A stretch of 64,000 bases of DNA from Bdellovibrionota bacterium (lineage in GTDB: Bacteria > Bdellovibrionota_C > UBA2361 > JBIKUX01): contig JBIKUX010000013.1 in assembly GCA_044347345.1 (NCBI GenBank), positions 1 to 64,000 of the forward strand. Reading direction: 5' to 3'. Positions 1 to 9,750 of the stretch are shown here, piece after piece (position 1 is the first letter of the stretch; the number at the start of each line of letters is the position of its first letter). The translations under genes and the position numbers were made by a program. Under the pieces are notes generated by a model. The model ran no database searches and was not told the origin of the DNA. It saw nothing but the letters and a program-made list of their open reading frames with translations.

Positions 1-123
1 CCGCCAGCAGCCGCTTCCTGGAGAATCCTCACTATCTGATCCTCCGTAAATCGCTTTCTCATCTCGTCCTCCTGTTAAAGAGGACTATACATCATCACGT
101 AGCTATTACAGGGGGGCAGGGCA
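1..123 (-). mobile_element. IS3-family (IS407-like) insertion sequence, left end with start of transposase OrfA; continues off-window
   Basis: The minus strand starts TGCCCTGCCCCCCTGT at 123 (IS3/IS407-type terminal IR). An AGGAGG RBS and ATG at 62 follow, giving MRKRFTEDQIVRILQEAAAG, a typical IS3 OrfA HTH N-terminus. Confidence 0.88.
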
Positions 124-306
124 GTGATATTTAAGTATAGTGAAGTTCAAGTACTTTCAGATAGGTTGGATCGTACCCTAAATTTTGAGGATCTAATTTG
201 TCTTTACGCTCAAGCAAGAGGATATCAAGAAGTTACAGACAGAGGTGCGCTCGGATTATTTTTACAAACAATTAATTATCCCGGAAATAATCCCAACAAT
301 TCATAG
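124..306 (+). pseudogene. Possible 3' remnant of a gene interrupted by the IS3 insertion
   Basis: The open frame begins exactly at the IS boundary and its stop abuts the convergent gene. No recognisable motif. Confidence 0.3.
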
Positions 307-1269
307 CTTCATAGCAGTTATTGGCATGTAAGGCACTCCTAGCGATGCAGACAAATTACGGACGTTTATTACGCCAGGCTGATTGCTAAATGAAGTAAGA
401 ATACCACGTAATTCATCGCGCGCATCTGCATACAACCTAGCTATTGAGGTAGAAACTTTTTCTCCAGTGCCAGGATGGATAAAGGTACGTTCGTCGGTGA
501 AGCCTTTCGGTAAAGATGAACGCCCCAAATAAAAGAGCCCCTCAAGAGGACGTTTTTTATGGTTTTGGGGTAAAATGAACGACAGACCTTTGGCAATCGC
601 TCCCCAAGCTGGAGATTTAAACCGTGATTGCCACACTGCCATTTGAGTTAGACCATGAGTCCAATCTTTCATTGTAAGCGCCGGGCCATCGATACTCATC
701 CGAGGAACGGAGCGAGCCAAAAACAATCCAATAGTTTGAAGTTCAGAGTCTCTTAGTGACACCAATAAATCTTTTAGCTTTGGCGGTGTTCTTGTCACCC
801 AGTAGGAATCTTTACTCCATTGGTCAATATACCCTTCAAATACGTAATGATCATGCCTAGCTTTTCCTCTCGCTGCTAAATTTTGGTCATAATAATTACC
901 CGTAATGCCAAATACTAGGGGATGTACAGATGAATCTAAAACTAAGTGCGACGTCATTCCAAGTACTAAAGCTGTTAATATCAGCCGAACGGTACGATCA
1001 GCAGATTGATTTGCATCTTTACCAGCTAGCCTCAGAGGAGTAGCCGTATCTTCGCCATTAGTGCCGTGCAGACGCTCTGCTACTATTTCAAAATTTGGAG
1101 GCTTTGTAGGAGAAAAATATGGCACATCGTGAATCATAGATCCAATTAAAGCTACATTTTCAGCTACTAAACCGGTCTTAGCTGAATAGCCATTTAAAGT
1201 GCACCAATTGCGTAACCAAGGAAGTATTACTTCGTCAACAAGCTGCCAATGGAGAATTTCTCGAGGCAT
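301..1269 (-). CDS. Zinc-dependent phospholipase C family protein
   Basis: N-terminal MPREILHW; GSMIHDVPYF, RLHG and SHLVLDSSVHP match the Zn-ligand pattern of the Zn_dep_PLPC family. Confidence 0.75.
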   Translation of the reverse strand: MPREILHWQLVDEVILPWLRNWCTLNGYSAKTGLVAENVALIGSMIHDVPYFSPTKPPNFEIVAERLHGTNGEDTATPLRLAGKDANQSADRTVRLILTALVLGMTSHLVLDSSVHPLVFGITGNYYDQNLAARGKARHDHYVFEGYIDQWSKDSYWVTRTPPKLKDLLVSLRDSELQTIGLFLARSVPRMSIDGPALTMKDWTHGLTQMAVWQSRFKSPAWGAIAKGLSFILPQNHKKRPLEGLFYLGRSSLPKGFTDERTFIHPGTGEKVSTSIARLYADARDELRGILTSFSNQPGVINVRNLSASLGVPYMPITAMKL

Positions 1270-1310
1270 AAAGTATAAAAAAATTTTATTCAGACCTTTT
1301 ATAAGTTTAG

Positions 1311-2033
1311 TTAACCACGAAGAAAAGTCATTATTGCTTTTGTTACCTCATTATTTTGTGGACCGACTAAAAGTTCATGTTCTCCACCTGGGAAAGGATG
1401 CATAACTAACTGCGGGTCACTAGCCCAAGGGTTATGAGTAAAACTTTTGCTTTCACATAAATGGTCATTAGGGTCATATGCAAGAAGGGTAGGACAAGGA
1501 AGGCGCTTAGGTTCAGAGCGTAATACCTGACCCCTTAGTCTAATTAGAGCAAAGACCGCACTCATGGGATAAGCTTGAAGAGACTCGTAAGGAAGTACCA
1601 ATCTACCTTCAATAGACAACTTTTTTTTACGCGCTGGTAAGAATTGGGCAAGAAAAGTGGGAATATATTGACCAAATCTGCACACTCTTTCAACAAAAGA
1701 ACCCCGTAGTTGCAATGGCGGGGCAAGCAGAACTAAGCGGTCAACCTTATTTGGAAATCGTAACGCATATTGAAGAGCAAGGAGTGCTCCCATTGAACAG
1801 CCGATAATTGCTATTGATGCACCTGTACTTTTTGTAAGCTCAGAAGCATTTAGGGTAACTACCTTTGTCCAATCGTGTTCGGTTGCTCGAGCCAATTCCT
1901 TAACTGTGGCACCGTGTCCGGGAAGACAAGGAGCCTTTACTTGCCAACCAGCTTGTTCCAAAGTCCGCCTAAGCGGAACTACCTCAAGCGGTGTAGAGGT
2001 AAGACCGTGAATAAGAAGAGCACCCTTTGACAC
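1311..2033 (-). CDS. Alpha/beta-hydrolase carboxylesterase (Est30/YvaK-like)
   Basis: LLIHGLTSTP, LPGHG, GCSMG nucleophile elbow, C-terminal Asp and His (GGEHEL). Confidence 0.88.
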   Translation of the reverse strand: MSKGALLIHGLTSTPLEVVPLRRTLEQAGWQVKAPCLPGHGATVKELARATEHDWTKVVTLNASELTKSTGASIAIIGCSMGALLALQYALRFPNKVDRLVLLAPPLQLRGSFVERVCRFGQYIPTFLAQFLPARKKKLSIEGRLVLPYESLQAYPMSAVFALIRLRGQVLRSEPKRLPCPTLLAYDPNDHLCESKSFTHNPWASDPQLVMHPFPGGEHELLVGPQNNEVTKAIMTFLRG

Positions 2034-2070
2034 AACGGTAATTTATTTATTAACCACAGTTAGCCTAATT

Positions 2071-3384
2071 TTAATCATCGTATTCAGGTTGTAAACGGGC
2101 TAACTCGCTTTCAAATCGATCTTGAAAGGAAGGGGAGAGTACGTCAGCACACACTGCATACCTAATCAAAGAGTCTCGTTTGCCATTAATAATAGGGCCT
2201 TGAAAATGAACTCCTACAATGCCTGTTTCACTAATTACAACTCTATTAAAAGCTTCATGTAGAGGTAGGTCTCTAGTTGATGGGTCTGTCCGGAGATCGC
2301 GACCCAATACACGCTGGGGAACTTTCCATAAAGTGAAGAATCCAGCTTCTGTTTCGCATGCTGGTCTTAAGCCGATTTGTCGAAATTTTGGTATGATATA
2401 ATTTAGCCTCTTAGCGTAAAGATCGCTTAAATCTTTAAGAGTAGAACTTGCTACTGAGTGATTACCTAAAAACTCGCCGTAAGCCGCCATCAAGGATGGT
2501 ACAGGTCCCGAATCTGTATTTCCTTTGATTAGAATAAAGTCCTCGATAAATTCTCGTGAGCCTATCATTGCGCCCAGCCTAGCGCCTGGATCGTTAAATG
2601 ATTTACTTACTGAGAATAATTCAGCCCATTCAAGCTCAGGGTAATCTTTTGCAACTTCGGCAAGTGGAACGTGAAGTTGCTTTCCACCAGAATTATTACT
2701 CACAAGCCCAGCATAAGCCCCATCGTTTACCAAGCGAGTACCTCTCTTGATACAAAATTCAATAAGACTACGCCATTCATCGGCATTAGCTCCTACAGCG
2801 GCTGGATTACCAGGACGTATTACAAATATGACGTCTGGTCGTTCGACCCCTGCTTCACTAAGAGCCGCCGTTAGCCTGCTAATATTTAGTCGCATATTGT
2901 CTTCGCTGGCGAGAGGCCATACCACACGCTTGCCAGCAAGATATGACTCACTCCAAGTTCCAACCACATCGTATGCCGGGAGGTTGGATACTAGTACGAA
3001 GTTATTCCTATTATTACGGTCGGGTAAATGAAGACCGCAAGCTAATGGAATTATAGTTGATGCACCTTTAATACCCTGAATCGGTATTGCTTTTAAGTGA
3101 GAAAAATCATTTACATTCACTCCTGAATGTAGAGCAACCATGTTGCCGGCAAATGATCTGAGGTTTGTATCTTCCGCATAAGTATGTAACTCGTAGGAAG
3201 GGTCAGCCACGGTCTTCGCTTCAAGTTCCAAGATTTTTGAGCAGGGCACTCCGTCGGGATTTCCTAAGGATAGATTAAGTGGGAGCTGACCGGTTTTCTC
3301 GGTATATTCCCTTATTAAAATATAAATAAGTTGAAATAAGTTAATTCCAGAAGCTGGTATGCGTCGTGCCATCATGTTCTCCAA
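2071..3384 (-). CDS. PLP-dependent aminotransferase class I/II (LL-DAP aminotransferase-like)
   Basis: LNLSLGNPD, PGNP, VNDGAY and the SVSKSF..PGARLG PLP-lysine motif. Confidence 0.85.
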   Translation of the reverse strand: MENMMARRIPASGINLFQLIYILIREYTEKTGQLPLNLSLGNPDGVPCSKILELEAKTVADPSYELHTYAEDTNLRSFAGNMVALHSGVNVNDFSHLKAIPIQGIKGASTIIPLACGLHLPDRNNRNNFVLVSNLPAYDVVGTWSESYLAGKRVVWPLASEDNMRLNISRLTAALSEAGVERPDVIFVIRPGNPAAVGANADEWRSLIEFCIKRGTRLVNDGAYAGLVSNNSGGKQLHVPLAEVAKDYPELEWAELFSVSKSFNDPGARLGAMIGSREFIEDFILIKGNTDSGPVPSLMAAYGEFLGNHSVASSTLKDLSDLYAKRLNYIIPKFRQIGLRPACETEAGFFTLWKVPQRVLGRDLRTDPSTRDLPLHEAFNRVVISETGIVGVHFQGPIINGKRDSLIRYAVCADVLSPSFQDRFESELARLQPEYDD

Positions 3385-3584
3385 TTGCTCGCAGTTTACT
3401 CTGCATCCAAGACTTTATCCACTGTTGATGTAATTTATCGTTGTTGTTTGATTTCTTCGATTTTAAAGATTGTTAGTAAAAATAAGTCACTCCCAGAATT
3501 ACTTAAATTTTAGTAGGGTCAATATAAGAGTGCAATCTTTGTTAGTAATTTTAAAAAATATCATTAATTATTCTTAGCTTCTCT

Positions 3585-4238
3585 ATGAGTTCTGACTCTG
3601 TAACCCGTGAGCGTATAATTTTAGTAGCAAGTCATCTGTTCGCTTCACAAGGATATCGACAGGTAAGTGCGCGGTCTATATGTGCTAAGGCAGAAGCTAA
3701 TCACGGAGCTATTAATTATTACTTTCGCAATAAAGCAAACCTTTACAAAGAAGTTCTCGCATATGCCTATCGCAAGTTGATGCAAGCGCAACCTATTCCA
3801 CAGGTCGAAGCCACAAAAACTGTAGGAACTGAAGACCTTCTAGTATGGATTGAGTGGTACATTGGACGCCTATTTTCATCTCCAGAGACAGCATTTGTTT
3901 GGCGATTAATTAGCCGTGAGCTTATGGAACCCACAGAAGCTTTTGAGTACTTGTCTCAACAACTTATGGCTCCAGTTTTCCTAAGTTTAGAGCAGATCAT
4001 TGCAAAACTTATTGAGCCGATAGATGTGGTAAATTCGGGTGCTTTGGATACTAAAAATACTGTTCGCCTTGTTTCTTTGAGCGTAATTTCTCAGTGCTTA
4101 ATCTATCTGATGGGCAGACCGATGATTGAGCGTCTTCTGCCAGACTTATACGGGTCTATCGAAAATCAAAAAATCCTTAGCCAAGAGATTTTTCGTTTTT
4201 CACTGGCTGGTATAGTCGGTTTTCGCAAGCAGAATTAG
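3585..4238 (+). CDS. TetR-family regulator with CecR/YbiH-type (DUF1956) C-terminus
   Basis: TRERII...LFASQGY...SARSIC..A..NHGAINYYFRNKANLY HTH; RELMEPT motif. Confidence 0.9.
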   Translation: MSSDSVTRERIILVASHLFASQGYRQVSARSICAKAEANHGAINYYFRNKANLYKEVLAYAYRKLMQAQPIPQVEATKTVGTEDLLVWIEWYIGRLFSSPETAFVWRLISRELMEPTEAFEYLSQQLMAPVFLSLEQIIAKLIEPIDVVNSGALDTKNTVRLVSLSVISQCLIYLMGRPMIERLLPDLYGSIENQKILSQEIFRFSLAGIVGFRKQN

Positions 4239-4282
4239 GACAGATCCAATTTACCAAGTATAAATCTGATAAACAGTGCTTT

Positions 4283-5302
4283 TTAAGACTTTCTGAGAGC
4301 GATCTTTTCGATCTCTAATCGTGCCACGGCTTCGTCTCGTCTGTCGTATAGTGCCGTCGTACGAATATCTTCATGAGCTGCTATGCGTTGAGCAGTATCT
4401 CTATTACCACCGTTTTTTAGATAATTCGTTATTCCTGAAGCACGAAAAGTATGATTACACGCTTCAGCGGATATACCAGCAACCAAAGCTCGCCTCTTTA
4501 TCATAGCCCAAGCTTCATGGCGGCGAAGTCGGTGGCCGGAAAGTATATCTGTAAAACCTGGCTGAGTTTGAAAAAGAGGAGCATCGCGAGTGTCTTTATG
4601 TCCTCCTGCTTTTAGATAAGCGTCTAAAGCAATATTAACTTCTGGATGAGCCGGAACTGTATGTGCTTTGCCGCCTTTCTCGTATAGCCTAAGCCAATTC
4701 CCTCCATTGTGACTATAATAATCACCAACATTCATTCCCAACACTGCACTTACTCGAGCAAAGCTGAAAAACATTACAGAAATTAGAGCTCGGTCTCGTA
4801 ATCCTATTAAAGTATTTAGATCTATAGAAGCTAAAAGAGTTGATATTTCGCTATCAGTTAAAATAGGAGTCTTACCTCGCTTCTGTCTGTATTTAATACC
4901 TCGTACCGAGGCAGTAGGGTTTTCTGATATTACTGAAGCTGATTCTAGCCAAGCAAATAACCCTCTAAGAGCGGCAAGATGCTGATTGCGAGTTAATGGT
5001 GCCCCTGGGTGAGATTCTATATAACGTGCAATAACCATCGGAGTTATTTGGGCTAACTGAAGGGAAGAGTAGTTGTTCTCAAGCCATAAAAAAAATTGAT
5101 GAATAGCTCTAAAATAAGCCTCGCGAGTATTTCTATTACGAATTCCAGCAGTAAAGAACTCTGCAAATGAGCGCTGAGCAAAGCCGCCTGCCTTAAAAAC
5201 AGCACTTGGAATATTTGTGCTAGAAATTGAAGAAACTAATTCAGTATTGGTTCGATTTTTCTCTGAGCTCTTCATTGTAAAGGCTATTGTAAGTAAGTTC
5301 AC
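4283..5302 (-). CDS. Tyrosine recombinase/integrase
   Basis: RDRALI..MFFSFARVSA, EKGGK, HTFRASGIT and AHEDIRTTALYD contain the R-K-H-R-H-Y catalytic set. Confidence 0.92.
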   Translation of the reverse strand: MNLLTIAFTMKSSEKNRTNTELVSSISSTNIPSAVFKAGGFAQRSFAEFFTAGIRNRNTREAYFRAIHQFFLWLENNYSSLQLAQITPMVIARYIESHPGAPLTRNQHLAALRGLFAWLESASVISENPTASVRGIKYRQKRGKTPILTDSEISTLLASIDLNTLIGLRDRALISVMFFSFARVSAVLGMNVGDYYSHNGGNWLRLYEKGGKAHTVPAHPEVNIALDAYLKAGGHKDTRDAPLFQTQPGFTDILSGHRLRRHEAWAMIKRRALVAGISAEACNHTFRASGITNYLKNGGNRDTAQRIAAHEDIRTTALYDRRDEAVARLEIEKIALRKS

Positions 5303-5323
5303 TGTTAAGAGAGAGTTTCAACT

Positions 5324-5950
5324 ATGACTATAAATTTATCTTCTGTTTCAAGTACTGTTCAATCAATCGGAAATTTTTTGCTAAAGGAAATTGTACCAAA
5401 AGAGAGTTCGCATTCGGTAGTCTCAAAAAACTGCTCTTCACCTAAGATAGAGGGCAGTTCTTCAGATAAAATCGCTTCTGAATATTTGGAGATGACTAAA
5501 GGCATAATGACTGGTTTGTCCGAGATTATTGCTAAACTACTCGGAGTTTTATCAACACTGTTACCCACCAACTTTGACGTTAGCAATGCAAATACGAATG
5601 ATACGACATTTAGCAATAATAGCAGTAACTTATCTGGTATGAGCACTCCTGCTTCTGGGCTCTCTGATCAATTTCTTTGGAAGCCAGTCTCAGAAAAAGA
5701 CGGTAAGCTTGTAGTCTTATTTCCTGCACGTCTTACTGGTTCAATTAAGGGCGCTACAATAGTGAGTTCAGAGGGTAAAGTGCTCGCTCAGGGGAGGGAT
5801 GTTGGTTTTGGAAATGGGGGACGACATCATTTTAGGTTTGATCGAGCAGGAGCAGATTATCCAGCTGGTGCTCGTCTAGTAGGTCAGCTACAAGATGGTA
5901 GTAAGTATGAAGTAGAAATTAAAACCCCTCACAAGCGGACTATAAAATAA
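5324..5950 (+). CDS. Hypothetical protein with Ser-rich N-terminus and a C-terminal beta-rich domain (FLWKPVSE...GNGGR.HFRF)
   Basis: 208-aa ORF filling the gap between neighbours; the C-terminal domain resembles 57382..57948. Confidence 0.7.
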   Translation: MTINLSSVSSTVQSIGNFLLKEIVPKESSHSVVSKNCSSPKIEGSSSDKIASEYLEMTKGIMTGLSEIIAKLLGVLSTLLPTNFDVSNANTNDTTFSNNSSNLSGMSTPASGLSDQFLWKPVSEKDGKLVVLFPARLTGSIKGATIVSSEGKVLAQGRDVGFGNGGRHHFRFDRAGADYPAGARLVGQLQDGSKYEVEIKTPHKRTIK

Positions 5951-5961
5951 AACTCCAACAC

Positions 5962-8900
5962 TTATTTTGGAGCCTTGAGCCTTTTTAAGGCTCGTACGAC
6001 CACGTTATATTTTTTGATGCCTTTCCTTGTTAATATGCGCATTTTGGTTACGGAAGAGGTAACATTTTTGTAAGCATCACAGGTTCTTGTAGTTATAAAA
6101 TAAAGATTTGGAATTTGTTTAGCTGAGATATTAATCTTTGTAGCAGTAAGTACAAGCTTTCTTGAACGTAAGTTACGCTTGCTAATCTTAAATCTCTTTA
6201 AGAATGAATTTACGGTTCCAGCCGTCTCACCCGCATAAACAGATACGGAACATTCGCTCTTATCAGAGCCTATATTCCGTATCGTCATTGTTACAGTTCC
6301 TCGTTTGTTCTGAATAGTAGAGATGGTGGGAGCCTTATCGTCGTTTTTTCCCCCGTTATTATTGTTGTCGTTTGGCTGACTAGATATCACGTTAGCCGCC
6401 ACTGGGGAGCCTGAAGGAGCTGCGTCTATCACAAGAGGTGGACCACCACTATTTCCACCTGAGCAGTTTTGCCCTTTGGTAAAGGAGATTGCACCACTAG
6501 AGGCTCTTCCACCATCCATTGAGTGCGCTACAATTTCAAGGGAATGGGACCCATTAGCAATATCCGCCAAGGAGTGCACTTCATCAAAACCAGTGTTGCT
6601 CGAATCTGCATTTGGGTAAGTAGTTACAGCAGAAGGAGAATATTTAGTACCATCTAGAGAGGTAAAGTACTGGCCGTCAATAAACACTTGAATAGATGCT
6701 ACATCTTCAAAGCGATTTGGCATCAACGAGTAGCCTTTAAATTGCATCGTATTACAGTAAGTATTTAACGAAGTAGGTGATGCTATAGAAATAATTGGTG
6801 GTGTTTGGGTCGAGCCAGAGTTAACAATTTTTAGTCTTCCCGAGGCACTAGCTAGTGATGTTGAAGCTCCGTCAGAGGCTGTAGCGTAAACATAGTAAGT
6901 TCCCGGTGTAATTCCCGTTGTATCCCAAACACAAATTTTTCCTTCACAGGTAAGTTTTGATGTCGGAATTTCATTACCTCCAGACGTTGCTCCCTTAACA
7001 GTTGAGTAAAACCAACGAATTGTGGGGTTAGGAGTGTCGGTATCCGAGATGTGGTATACGAGAGTAAATTTTCCTCGTGACTCATCATCTTTTCTTAGTT
7101 TTAGATAATCATAATAATATGTTGCAGATATTGGTGGTCCAAAGGGATTGCCGGTATTATCACAACAGATAGCTTCATGAAATTCATGGGGATCTATTCG
7201 AAAGCCATCAAGAATTCCCCCCCAAGTTACTTGACCATCTTCACGCGGAAAAGTAGATAAATCGGCACAGTACTCGTACCAACGGTTATCTTTCCATCTA
7301 TCAAAAATTGTTGCAAAAGCATCAAATTCTTCAACATCGCCTGATGTTTTTTGGTAAAAGTATTTGGTTACTGAACCAAGCCCTAAATCGTAGTCTCTAT
7401 CTAGCATCATCATGAGACAGGCATTACGGTATTCGCTAGCATCAATGGTGAACGGCTTTGGTGAATTAACCCTAAAAGTAATAAAATCATTTGGATCATC
7501 GTTTCCGGCAATATTAGTGCCCTTAAAAAAGTCTCCGCGTCTACCTCCTACTTCGCGCACGTCAGGTAAATAAGTCGTCAAAGCTTCCTTTGGATGACTA
7601 GGGTCTATATCTGTTTTTAAATTCAGTGAGAATTGAACGTCACCAGGTCTAAAATTTAGGGGGATTAATGCTTCTCCTCCCTTAATATCTGGCTGAATAA
7701 TTTTGAGTAGAGGAGGAGCTAAAACTCTTACTGTATTTTGCCCTGAGGTAACTGATATTGCCTCAGATGAGACAAATCCTACTTGCCTTAGTCTTACCCA
7801 ATCTAGACTAAATGTTATTCCTGATAAAATGCTTGGTCGAATAATTAAGGTTGGTTCCGAACCACTCCAACCCGACTCATTGGCCAAATCTACGTGATAT
7901 ATACCGTTTCCTTTGTATTCGGGGCTTGTAGTACGAAGATCCTTGAAACCGCCATTCCAAAGAATTCTAACGGGCTCATTCTCATTGTTTCGGGTAATTC
8001 GTAAACTTAGTTTTGAGTAGGTAGTACCGTCTACAGGAAGGTTTTCGGTAACTAAGAAGATATTTGCGTCTTGTGAGGAGGTTGTTCCGCTAAAGGTTCC
8101 TCCCTCAAATTTTCCATTTGATATATTACCAGCAACTACTACATCAGTTTCGTTATCAAAGTTCCAAGGGTTTCCAAATGTGAGAGTTGAGTAGTCACTA
8201 TCTAGTACAGCAAGTACTCGGTAGACACCCGGAGTTAGGCCTTTGGCTGAGAGAGTGGTTTGGTACGGGCCGCTTGCAGATAAGGAACTAGAAATAAGTT
8301 GATATACTCCATTAAACGGGTCAGTATCGCTATCAAGAAAGAGACTAAAGCGGTTATTGTCTCCTGAAGGGGATGCAGAAACATTTAGCGGTGTTGTACC
8401 ACAAGAGGCAGGGTCTTCAAGTCTTACGTAATCAATACTCACATTTTGAGGAGTCACAGAGGGATAAATTCCTAGACCTGTTATTGGCCCTTGATTCCAA
8501 GGCCTCGGATCAGTACCTGCACTGTTTGAGAGTGGGACTGAATTTAAGTCAATAATATAAGTTTTCCAGCCTGATGTAGTTGGTATCATCCCCGTTATAG
8601 TTGGAGGCTCGCGGTTTAGAAAGCCACGGTCTATTCGAACCCTAAGACCTTGCCCAGCGTCTTCGCTTTCAAGACCCATACGCACTGCTAATTGGGAGTA
8701 TTTTTGAGCGTTAATGGGGAAATTTTGACCCCACCTACCTCCAACTTGTTGGACATTATGAATGCCTGGAGTAAGAAGATGGAAGAGGCCGCCGGCTGGA
8801 ACAGTTGTGGTAAAGTTGAACAGTCCGCTTATGAAACGCGGATTACTTATAAAGGGCAGATCGTTGGGGATAAAGAATGGAATGTCCTCAGTATCTGACA

Positions 8901-9057
8901 TATCCCAAGGGTTTCCGAGATTAAGACTTGCAAAATCGTCGCAGGGTTTAATATCTGCGTCAAAATTGAATACTACCTCAGCCAAGGCGCTATTTACCGT
9001 TAGTATTGTCAGTAACAAAACGCCTGCTATAAACTCGGTTATTATTAAATATTTCAT
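5962..9057 (-). CDS. Large secreted protein with three repeated beta-sandwich (carbohydrate-binding-like) modules, Ig-like domains and a basic C-terminal domain
   Basis: Signal peptide from MKYLII...ALAE (ORF open to 9117). Repeated motifs GNPW, I.a.kYs.L, y.vDL, W.G....l.i.P and DyvrL. Confidence 0.75.
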   Translation of the reverse strand: MKYLIITEFIAGVLLLTILTVNSALAEVVFNFDADIKPCDDFASLNLGNPWDMSDTEDIPFFIPNDLPFISNPRFISGLFNFTTTVPAGGLFHLLTPGIHNVQQVGGRWGQNFPINAQKYSQLAVRMGLESEDAGQGLRVRIDRGFLNREPPTITGMIPTTSGWKTYIIDLNSVPLSNSAGTDPRPWNQGPITGLGIYPSVTPQNVSIDYVRLEDPASCGTTPLNVSASPSGDNNRFSLFLDSDTDPFNGVYQLISSSLSASGPYQTTLSAKGLTPGVYRVLAVLDSDYSTLTFGNPWNFDNETDVVVAGNISNGKFEGGTFSGTTSSQDANIFLVTENLPVDGTTYSKLSLRITRNNENEPVRILWNGGFKDLRTTSPEYKGNGIYHVDLANESGWSGSEPTLIIRPSILSGITFSLDWVRLRQVGFVSSEAISVTSGQNTVRVLAPPLLKIIQPDIKGGEALIPLNFRPGDVQFSLNLKTDIDPSHPKEALTTYLPDVREVGGRRGDFFKGTNIAGNDDPNDFITFRVNSPKPFTIDASEYRNACLMMMLDRDYDLGLGSVTKYFYQKTSGDVEEFDAFATIFDRWKDNRWYEYCADLSTFPREDGQVTWGGILDGFRIDPHEFHEAICCDNTGNPFGPPISATYYYDYLKLRKDDESRGKFTLVYHISDTDTPNPTIRWFYSTVKGATSGGNEIPTSKLTCEGKICVWDTTGITPGTYYVYATASDGASTSLASASGRLKIVNSGSTQTPPIISIASPTSLNTYCNTMQFKGYSLMPNRFEDVASIQVFIDGQYFTSLDGTKYSPSAVTTYPNADSSNTGFDEVHSLADIANGSHSLEIVAHSMDGGRASSGAISFTKGQNCSGGNSGGPPLVIDAAPSGSPVAANVISSQPNDNNNNGGKNDDKAPTISTIQNKRGTVTMTIRNIGSDKSECSVSVYAGETAGTVNSFLKRFKISKRNLRSRKLVLTATKINISAKQIPNLYFITTRTCDAYKNVTSSVTKMRILTRKGIKKYNVVVRALKRLKAPK

Positions 9058-9187
9058 ATTTAGAGTTGGGGGCAGAGTAAATTGATATATCATCGGCCAG
9101 TGGTAACATTTCTGCATAAAAGGTGTGGGAATATATTACCTCCAAAGTAATATGCATTCAGTTTTAGTTAGAGCCAAGATAGGTTTT

Positions 9188-9631
9188 ATGGAAAAGATTA
9201 AACTTTCTGAATTAGAGCGAAATGCTCAAAAGCAAATGTGGCAAGGTCGGCCCTCATGCCTTACAGTTTCGCCGTGGATAGTTTTCCTGATGGCATTAGT
9301 TTTTCCCCCTTTTCTTCTTATTTCTTCGTTGTTTGTTCCGTTAATTGGGGCACTTATTTCAGGAGTTGGATTGTTATTTTCTGCTATGTATCTGTACCTT
9401 GAGCGTTCTTGGTTTATTGGTGTGATATCATTATTAGGTATTTTTTGTTCTATTTTATTACTAAAGTGTGTACACTGGGTCACGATGGGAAAATATGAAG
9501 GTTTGGTGTATCTTGCCATAGGGTTTGCTCCTGCGTTTTCATTGGGTTTTCTCGTATTAAGCTCTATGGGTGTGTGGGCAGTCTTGCAAGCAAAAGCTTG
9601 CTCCGCTGGGGCGTTCGATTCGCGTGTATGA
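9188..9631 (+). CDS. Small integral membrane protein (about 4 TM)
   Basis: Four hydrophobic segments; ORF open from 9125, ATG at 9188 preferred. Confidence 0.6.
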   Translation: MEKIKLSELERNAQKQMWQGRPSCLTVSPWIVFLMALVFPPFLLISSLFVPLIGALISGVGLLFSAMYLYLERSWFIGVISLLGIFCSILLLKCVHWVTMGKYEGLVYLAIGFAPAFSLGFLVLSSMGVWAVLQAKACSAGAFDSRV

Positions 9632-9750
9632 GTCATTCGCCAGAAGTACCGATCAATTGAAATTTTTGGCTCAAAATTACCCAGTGGTTATGTCAAGTAG
9701 CTTATCTTGCGAGGAAACTTTAGTTATCAAGGATTACAGAGTTACGAGCT

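Noticed and set aside
9101-9116. GG-N10-GC sigma54-like site (TGGTAACATTTCTGCA)
   Set aside because: Weak match to the consensus and no supporting enhancer motif.
9226-9636. 136-aa minus-strand ORF and other antisense ORFs inside long genes (e.g. 25528..25899, 44566..44910, 49364..49711, 54193..54516)
   Set aside because: Shadow ORFs opposite well-supported genes, with no motifs.
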